A stretch of DNA of 61,393 nucleotides from an uncultured Bacilli bacterium (GTDB taxonomy: Bacteria; Bacillota_I; Bacilli_A; RF39; UBA660): positions 1 to 61,393 of the forward strand of contig CANQWY010000003.1 of assembly GCA_947627675.1 (NCBI GenBank). The letters run 5' to 3'. Position numbers and translations under genes: made by a program. Below the pieces are notes generated by a model, which worked only from the letters and a program-made list of their open reading frames with translations, had not been told where the DNA came from and searched no databases. Positions 55,319-61,393 of the stretch are shown one piece after another; within the stretch, counting starts at the first letter, position 1; each line of letters starts with the position of its first letter.

Positions 55319-57076
55319 ATGATAAATATTAAAGAAGATGAAAGATTAAGTATAATAAACCATTCTTGTGCACATTTATTAGCTCAAGCTGTAAAGCATT
55401 TATATCCAAATGCTAAGTTTTGGGTTGGACCAGTTATTGAAGAAGGATTTTACTATGATATTGATTTAGGAGATATAACTTTAACTGATGATGATTTACC
55501 TAAAATAGAAAAAGAAATGAAAAAAATAAGTAAAGATGGTAAAAGGATTATTCGAGAAGAATTAACTAAAGAAGAAGCTTTAGAAAAATTTAAAGATGAC
55601 CCATATAAAATAGATTTAATAAGTAGGATGAATGAGGAAAATACTATAATTAGTTGTTATACTCAAGGAGATTTTACTGATCTTTGTCGTGGACCACATG
55701 TTGATACTGTAAAAGTTTTAAAATATTTTAAGTTATTAAAAGTTAGTGGAGCTTATTGGAAAGGGGATTCCAAGAATAAAATGCTTCAAAGAATTTATGG
55801 TATTTGTTTTGAAAATGAAGAAGATTTAAATAAACATCTAGAGTTTTTGGAAGAATGCAAAAAAAGAGATCATCGTAAGCTTGGAAAAGATTTAGGCATA
55901 TTTATGTTTAGCGATCTAGTTGGAAAAGGATTACCAATGTGGTTGCCTAATGGTTTTGTAGTAAGAAGAAAATTAATAGATTATATAACTGATAAAGAAA
56001 TTGATTTAGGCTATCAACATGTTTCAACACCATCTCTTGGTAATGTTGAACTTTATAAAACATCAGGTCATTGGGACCATTATCAAGATGATATGTTCCC
56101 TGCAATGGAACTTGACGGAGAATCATATGTTTTAAGACCAATGAATTGCCCACATCATATGATGATGTTTAAAAATTCTCTTCACTCATATCGAGATTTA
56201 CCTATTAGAATCGCTGAGGTTGCTAATGATTTTAGATATGAAGCAAGTGGAGCTGTTTGTGGAATTGAAAGAACTAGGGCGTTTACTCAAAACGATTCTC
56301 ATATATTTTGTAGAAATGATCAAATAAAAGAAGAATTTATGGCAGTTATAAATTTAATTTTAGATGTTTATAAAGATTTTGGATTTAAAGATTATAAATT
56401 TAGACTTAGTTTAAGAGACAAAAATAATCTTGAAAAATATTTTGGCAATGATGAATTATGGGATAAGAGTGAAAAAGCATTAAGAGAAGTATTAGAAGAA
56501 GTAGATGCCGATTATTATGAGGCAGAAGGAGAAGCCGCTTTTTATGGACCTAAGCTTGATGTTCAAGTAAAAAGTGCAATAGGTCATGACGTAACATTAT
56601 CAACAGTTCAACTTGATTATCAATTGCCAGAAAGATTTGATCTTACTTATGTAGATGAAGCTGGAAACAAAGTACGACCTGTTGTTATTCATAGAGCAAT
56701 ATTGGGTTCACTTGATAGATTTATCGCTTTTCTCTTAGAAGAAACTAAAGGTAATTTACCGTTATGGCTTGCTCCAGTACAAGTAATATTAATTCCTGTT
56801 TCTACTATAAATCATGAAGAATATGCAAAAGAAGTTTTAAATTACTTAAAAAACAACGGAATAAGAGTAGAATTAGATTCTAGAAATGAAAAAGTTGGCT
56901 ATAAAATGAGAGAAGCTCAGACTAGAAAAATTCCTTTTTCAATAGTATTAGGGGATACTGAAAAAGAAAATGATTTGATTACTTATAGAAGATATGCAAC
57001 TTCTGAACAAATCACAGTTACTAAAGATGAATTTATTACTTTATTAAAAGCAGAAATAGAAAATAAAAATTTATAA
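55319..57076 (+). CDS. thrS: Threonine--tRNA ligase lacking the N-terminal TGS domain
   Basis: Begins at the editing-domain motif INHSCAHLLAQAV. Also CRGPHV, RDHRKLG, MNCPHHM, FTQNDSHIFC, HRAILGS and an anticodon-binding C-terminus. Confidence 0.95.
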   Translation: MINIKEDERLSIINHSCAHLLAQAVKHLYPNAKFWVGPVIEEGFYYDIDLGDITLTDDDLPKIEKEMKKISKDGKRIIREELTKEEALEKFKDDPYKIDLISRMNEENTIISCYTQGDFTDLCRGPHVDTVKVLKYFKLLKVSGAYWKGDSKNKMLQRIYGICFENEEDLNKHLEFLEECKKRDHRKLGKDLGIFMFSDLVGKGLPMWLPNGFVVRRKLIDYITDKEIDLGYQHVSTPSLGNVELYKTSGHWDHYQDDMFPAMELDGESYVLRPMNCPHHMMMFKNSLHSYRDLPIRIAEVANDFRYEASGAVCGIERTRAFTQNDSHIFCRNDQIKEEFMAVINLILDVYKDFGFKDYKFRLSLRDKNNLEKYFGNDELWDKSEKALREVLEEVDADYYEAEGEAAFYGPKLDVQVKSAIGHDVTLSTVQLDYQLPERFDLTYVDEAGNKVRPVVIHRAILGSLDRFIAFLLEETKGNLPLWLAPVQVILIPVSTINHEEYAKEVLNYLKNNGIRVELDSRNEKVGYKMREAQTRKIPFSIVLGDTEKENDLITYRRYATSEQITVTKDEFITLLKAEIENKNL

Positions 57077-57091
57077 TAATGATAACTTAAT

Positions 57092-57131
57092 AAATGTTAA
57101 ATTATTAATTAGATAGTTTAACATTTTTTTA
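57092..57131 (+). terminator. Rho-independent terminator after thrS
   Basis: AAATGTTAAA / TTTAACATTT perfect 10-bp stem followed by a T run. Confidence 0.65.
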
Positions 57132-57194
57132 TTTTTCAATATTAAAATGAAAATAATATTTTCTGTAAAGTTTACATAATAAATTAAAAAAAAG

Positions 57195-57259
57195 TTTACT
57201 TAAATTAATAACTGTAGTAATATATATTTAAAGTAGTGGAAGATAGTGGTGAAAAGTGG
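57195..57259 (+). promoter_or_regulatory. dcw-cluster promoter plus three MraZ-box direct repeats
   Basis: TTTACT-17-TAATAT (57195-57223), then AGTGG at 57235, 57245 and 57255 with an exact 10-bp period. Confidence 0.6.
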
Positions 57260-57269
57260 GGGATTATTT

Positions 57270-57707
57270 ATGTTAATGGGCGAATATCATCATAATATTG
57301 ATGATAAAAAAAGATTAATTATTCCTTCTAAGTTTAGAAATGAGCTTGGCGAAAAAGTAGTTTTGACTAGAGGACTTGATAAATGCTTATTTCTATATAA
57401 AGAAGATGAATTTAATAAAATAGTTGAGAGACTTAAAAATATGCCCTTTACTAAAAAACAAGTTAGAGAATTTTCCCGTTTTTTTCTATCAGGAGCTACT
57501 TTAGTAGAATTTGATAAACAAGGAAGGATTAATTTAGCACCACATCTTATAAATTATGCTGAGATAAAAAAAGAATGTACTATAATTGGTACGGGAGATA
57601 GAGTAGAAATATGGTCTGATGATTCATGGAGTTTATTTTATAATTCTACATTTGATAGTATGTCAGATATAGCAGATGAGTTGTTTTCAGATAATTTTTT
57701 AAATTAA
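57270..57707 (+). CDS. mraZ: Transcriptional regulator MraZ
   Basis: MLMGEYHHNIDDKKRLIIPSKFR... and a second SpoVT-AbrB repeat DKQGRINLAPHL. Confidence 0.95.
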   Translation: MLMGEYHHNIDDKKRLIIPSKFRNELGEKVVLTRGLDKCLFLYKEDEFNKIVERLKNMPFTKKQVREFSRFFLSGATLVEFDKQGRINLAPHLINYAEIKKECTIIGTGDRVEIWSDDSWSLFYNSTFDSMSDIADELFSDNFLN

Positions 57708-57719
57708 GTAGGTGAAATT

Positions 57720-58643
57720 ATGCATATTAGTGTTTTGAAAGATGAGGTTATTGAAAACTTAAATTTAAAAGAGAATAGTGTTATTGTTGATGCAACTTTA
57801 GGCTATGGTGGACATAGTAGCGGCATCTTAAAGAGAATAAAAAAGGGGTTTTTATTCGCCTTTGATCAAGATAGTGAAGCGATAGAGTATAGTACCAAAT
57901 ATTTAAAAAAGTTTGGTACTAACTTCACTATTATTAAAAGTAACTTTGTAAATATAAAAAAAGAACTTGAAAGGTTGAATGTAACACTTGTTGATGGGAT
58001 AATTTTTGATCTTGGAGTATCTAGCCCTCAACTAGATAATAAAGAAAGGGGCTTTTCATATCATCAAGATGCTAGACTTGATATGAGAATGGATAGATCA
58101 AACAAATTAGATGCCCATTATATTGTTAATAATTATAGTGAAAAAGAATTAATAAGAATTTTTTTAGAATATGGCGAGGATAAATATAGTAAAAGTATTG
58201 CTAGAAATATAGTAAAATATAGACAAGATAAAAATATAGAAACAACTTTAGAACTAGCAGATATTATAAAAAATAGTGTTCCTGAGTCTGCAAGAAGAAA
58301 AAAACACCCAGCTAGGCAAATATTTCAAGCGATTAGAATAGAAGTAAATGATGAACTTAATGTTATAAAAGAAGCACTTATTAGTGCAACCAAACTATTA
58401 AAAGTAGGAGGCAGAATTGAAGTTATTACCTTCCACTCATTAGAAGATAGAATAGTTAAAAATTACTTTAAAAAAATAACAGAAATAGATGAAAAAGTAA
58501 AAGGGCTTCCTAATATACCAAGTAGTTATTTACCAGATTATAAATTAGTTTATAATAAAGCAATATTACCAAGTAAAAAGGAAGAAGAGGAAAATCCTAG
58601 AAGTAGAAGTGCTAAATTAAGAATAATTGAAAGAATAAAATAG
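57720..58643 (+). CDS. rsmH: 16S rRNA (cytosine1402-N4)-methyltransferase RsmH
   Basis: HISVLKDEV...DATLGYGGHS...GIIFDLGVSSPQLD...RSRSAKLR. Confidence 0.95.
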   Translation: MHISVLKDEVIENLNLKENSVIVDATLGYGGHSSGILKRIKKGFLFAFDQDSEAIEYSTKYLKKFGTNFTIIKSNFVNIKKELERLNVTLVDGIIFDLGVSSPQLDNKERGFSYHQDARLDMRMDRSNKLDAHYIVNNYSEKELIRIFLEYGEDKYSKSIARNIVKYRQDKNIETTLELADIIKNSVPESARRKKHPARQIFQAIRIEVNDELNVIKEALISATKLLKVGGRIEVITFHSLEDRIVKNYFKKITEIDEKVKGLPNIPSSYLPDYKLVYNKAILPSKKEEEENPRSRSAKLRIIERIK

Positions 58644-58655
58644 GAGGAATGATTT

Positions 58656-58961
58656 ATGGGCAGAAAAAAGAAAATGAAAAAAGTGGTTAAAATAACTAAG
58701 TTTGAGAAATTACTTTATACTATTGCAATTGTATTAGCCTTGGCATCTCCTGTTTCAATTGTATTTTCAAAGGCTACGCTTTCTCAAATAAACTTTGAAG
58801 TTGAACAGAAAAAACAAATGATTGAAGAGCAACAGAAGAATAATGATAGTTTAGCGATGACAATTGATGAATTAGCATCTCTTACTAAAATTCAAGAAGT
58901 TGCACAAGAAGCTGGATTGAGTTATAATAATGCTAATATAAAGGTAGTTCAAGATAAGTAA
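58656..58961 (+). CDS. ftsL: Cell division protein FtsL-like
   Basis: 101 aa, single TM plus coiled coil, between rsmH and the PBP gene. Confidence 0.6.
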   Translation: MGRKKKMKKVVKITKFEKLLYTIAIVLALASPVSIVFSKATLSQINFEVEQKKQMIEEQQKNNDSLAMTIDELASLTKIQEVAQEAGLSYNNANIKVVQDK

Positions 58962-58962
58962 G

Positions 58963-61125
58963 GTGAAGAAAATGCGAAAGAAAAAGAGAAAAAATAATGT
59001 TAGGTATAGTAGACTTGTTGTTGTTATTTCTCTTTTTTTATTTTTGGCTATAATATTGAGAGTTGTTCAATTAGCGGTGTCTTCTGAAGTTGATGATACA
59101 AATTTAAAAAAACTAGCTAGTAAAAGAACCACTAAAACTGAAGTAATTAAGGCTAAAAGGGGTACTATTTATAGTGCTAATGGTGATATTTTAGCCCAAA
59201 ATGTTACATCATATAAACTAATTGCTTACTTAAGCCCTAGTCGTACTACTAATAAAAATAAGCCTCAGCATGTAGTTGATAAAGAAAAGACAGCTTCATT
59301 AATTGCTCCAATAATTGGGGCGGATTATGAAGAAATACTTAAATATCTTAATAAAACTGGTGTCTATCAAACAGAATTTGGTAGTAAAGGTAAAAATCTT
59401 TCAGAATTAGAAAAATTAAAAATAGAAGAACTTAATTTACCAGGCATAGATTTTGTTGAGAGTTATAAAAGATATTATCCTAAAGGAAATTTTATGTCAT
59501 ATACTTTGGGATATGCACTAGCTACAAATGAGAATGAGACAATAACTGGAAAAATGGGTTTAGAACTTTATTATGATAATATTTTAAAGGGTGAAGATGG
59601 ATATATTACATATCAGAAGGATTTAAAGGGATATAAAATAGCAGGTACTAAGGAATACAAAAAAGAAGCAACGCAAGGAAAAGACATATATTTAACAATT
59701 GATAGTAATGTACAATTTTTTATTGAGCAGGCGCTTACAAATGCTAAAAACAATTATGGCTATGAATGGTTTACTATGGTTGTTATGGATGCTAAGACAG
59801 GAAAAATTATAGGAATGAGTTCTAATCCTAATTTTGATCCGAATACCAGAGAGAATATTAGTAGTTATCTTGATTACACGATTTCACTACCTTATGAACC
59901 TGGTTCTACTATGAAGACCTTTACTTACATGTGTGCTATGGAAAATAACGTTTATGATGGTGCAGAGACATATACCTCAGGTGTGTATAGGACTGAAGAT
60001 GGTACTGAAATAGGTGATTGGAATCGTAATGGTTGGGGAGTTATTTCATTTGATAGAGGTTATGCCTTGTCTAGTAATGTTGGGGTTATTAACCTTATAA
60101 ATAGACATATGAATAGTGCTATGTTAAGAAATTGCTTCAGAAAGTTAGGATTTGGTAAAAAAACAGGAGTTTCCTTACCAAACGAAGAGACTGGTAAAAT
60201 AAATTTTAAATATGAGACTGAGATTTATAATGCTGGTTTTGGACAAGGTATTACTACGACTCCAATGCAAAATGTCCAAGCTTTATCGCCTCTTACTAAT
60301 GATGGAGTAATATTAAAACCGTATATTGTATCTAAAATAGTTGATTCTTCTACCAAAGAAGTTATATACAAAGGAAAAAGAAAAACTGGAGAAAGAGTAG
60401 CATCAACTGAAACTGTAAATAAAATGCTTCAGCTTATGAGTGATACTGTAAATGGAATAGGTAATACTGGAAGTGGATATAGAATAGAAAGCGGTCAACT
60501 TATTGGTAAAACTGGAACAGCTCAAATTGCAGATGTTAATGGTAATGGATATTTATCTGGGAAGGAAGATATAATTTCATCTTTTTCTGGTATTTATCCA
60601 AAAGATGATCCTGAAATAATTATATATGCCTCAGTTCAAAGACCGGCAGGCGGAAGTCAAAAACCTATTTCAGTTGCTGTTAAGGAAGTTGTTAGTAATA
60701 TAGCAAAGTACTATGGTGAAAGTGTTAATAGTACTGAAGTTACAGATGTTGTTACTAATTATACTATGGGTTCTTTTGTAAATAAAAGTATTGATTATGC
60801 TAAAAGTACTTTAACTAATAATAACATAAATAATGTTGTTATTATTGGTAATGGTAACAAGGTAATAAAGCAATATCCAGATAGAGATAGTACTATTACG
60901 AACAAAGATAAAGTATTTCTAATTACAAATAGTAGTAGTTATACTGTCCCTAATGTTATAGGATATTCTAGTAAAGATGCTAGTATTCTTCTTTCGATGT
61001 TAGGATTAAATGTTAAATTAAATGGTATAGGGTATGTCACTAATCAAAGTATTTCAGAAAATACTGAAATTAATGGGAATCTTGAAATTATCATTGATTT
61101 AAATCCTAAGTTTACTGATACTTGA
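58963..61125 (+). CDS. Class B penicillin-binding protein (FtsI/PBP2B/SpoVD type) with two C-terminal PASTA domains
   Basis: SxxK (GSTMKTF), SxN (LSSNVG), KTGT (GKTGTAQ), PBP dimerisation N-terminus. PASTA-like repeats at the C-terminus. Confidence 0.9.
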   Translation: MKKMRKKKRKNNVRYSRLVVVISLFLFLAIILRVVQLAVSSEVDDTNLKKLASKRTTKTEVIKAKRGTIYSANGDILAQNVTSYKLIAYLSPSRTTNKNKPQHVVDKEKTASLIAPIIGADYEEILKYLNKTGVYQTEFGSKGKNLSELEKLKIEELNLPGIDFVESYKRYYPKGNFMSYTLGYALATNENETITGKMGLELYYDNILKGEDGYITYQKDLKGYKIAGTKEYKKEATQGKDIYLTIDSNVQFFIEQALTNAKNNYGYEWFTMVVMDAKTGKIIGMSSNPNFDPNTRENISSYLDYTISLPYEPGSTMKTFTYMCAMENNVYDGAETYTSGVYRTEDGTEIGDWNRNGWGVISFDRGYALSSNVGVINLINRHMNSAMLRNCFRKLGFGKKTGVSLPNEETGKINFKYETEIYNAGFGQGITTTPMQNVQALSPLTNDGVILKPYIVSKIVDSSTKEVIYKGKRKTGERVASTETVNKMLQLMSDTVNGIGNTGSGYRIESGQLIGKTGTAQIADVNGNGYLSGKEDIISSFSGIYPKDDPEIIIYASVQRPAGGSQKPISVAVKEVVSNIAKYYGESVNSTEVTDVVTNYTMGSFVNKSIDYAKSTLTNNNINNVVIIGNGNKVIKQYPDRDSTITNKDKVFLITNSSSYTVPNVIGYSSKDASILLSMLGLNVKLNGIGYVTNQSISENTEINGNLEIIIDLNPKFTDT

Positions 61126-61134
61126 TATTTCATA

Positions 61135-61168
61135 AAAAGCTAAATAATGGTAGTAATTAGCTTTTTTC
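61135..61168 (+). terminator. Rho-independent terminator after the PBP gene
   Basis: AAAAGCTAA / TTAGCTTTT stem, 13-nt loop, T run. Confidence 0.55.
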
Positions 61169-61257
61169 TTTTTAGAGACAATGGTATAAAAATAAAGTAC
61201 TTGAAAATAAAAAATAGATGATGTAGAATTTAAGTATAAAATAGAAGGAGAAAGAAA

Positions 61258-61393
61258 ATGGAAAAAAGAAAAGATATATTGTTAGTAATACCCCTAATAC
61301 TAACAATAGTTCTAATGGGGGGGGGGTTACTTACGCCAAATATAGTAAGAGTATAGAGACTAAAAAGGAAATAACAATAAAAACAGGGACAAG
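61258..61393 (+). pseudogene. Signal/TM-anchored protein gene interrupted by a G10 homopolymer (out of frame in this sequence; 3' end outside window)
   Basis: ATG 61258 follows GAAGGAG. MEKRKDILLVIPLILTIVLMGGG, then a stop at 61354-56. The +1 G frame reads ...VTYAKYSKSIETKKEITIKTGT and is open to the window end. Confidence 0.5.

Noticed and set aside
1-61393. Scan for CRISPR arrays, tRNA/tmRNA, rRNA, IS elements with terminal inverted repeats, and recognisable defence operons (RM, Abi, CBASS, retron, TA pairs) in prophage moron positions.
   Set aside because: I found no regularly spaced direct repeats, no cloverleaf-capable GC-rich ~75-nt segments and no transposase. The attR-proximal gap (50129-50250) and the int-cI gap are too small for a multi-gene system. 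Only an orphan methyltransferase, a lipoprotein and a decayed RtcB were found.

Overview
Very AT-rich Firmicute chromosome; the gene content (SleC-like, LysM and PG-binding wall proteins, DnaI, SpoVG) suggests a spore-forming Clostridia-like host. I found no rRNA, tRNA or CRISPR array.

Left flank (1-12.2 kb): 3' end of a surface or tail-fibre-like ORF, a P-type cation ATPase, and a decayed insertion scar. The scar holds an rdgB-like gene and a truncated serine-recombinase remnant, bracketed by about 0.5 kb direct repeats that duplicate the ATPase 3' end and part of a LysM gene. Cell-wall genes, a D1-only Clp-like AAA+ protein, a NodB deacetylase, comEA and the 5' part of comEC follow.

Centre (12225-50255): a roughly 38.0 kb HK97-type siphovirus prophage, inserted by a large serine integrase inside comEC at the start of its metallo-beta-lactamase motif. 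Joining the flanks at the shared CATGG core rebuilds an in-frame comEC (...LTHGDLDHLGEA...). This looks like a phage regulatory-switch (active lysogeny) architecture.

Prophage oddities:
- a promoter plus double-hairpin candidate sRNA, whose loop is 15-nt complementary to the SD-proximal region of a small ORF downstream of cro
- four GTTGGGAAAA operator copies
- a phage SpoVG homologue
- a decayed RtcB ligase gene
- a second, internal tyrosine recombinase with a lox/dif-like palindrome
- a terminase-associated HNH gene with no start codon, preceded by a C_CCA_AAC slippery heptamer
- a canonical G/GT tail-chaperone frameshift site

Right flank: comEC 3' part, dnaI, an 899-aa orphan with a degenerate RNB-like C-terminus, and a Thr T-box leader driving an unknown 189-aa ORF plus a TGS-less thrS. 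Then come mraZ (with three 10-bp-phased AGTGG boxes), rsmH, ftsL, a class B PBP, and a small exported-protein gene put out of frame by a G10 tract.
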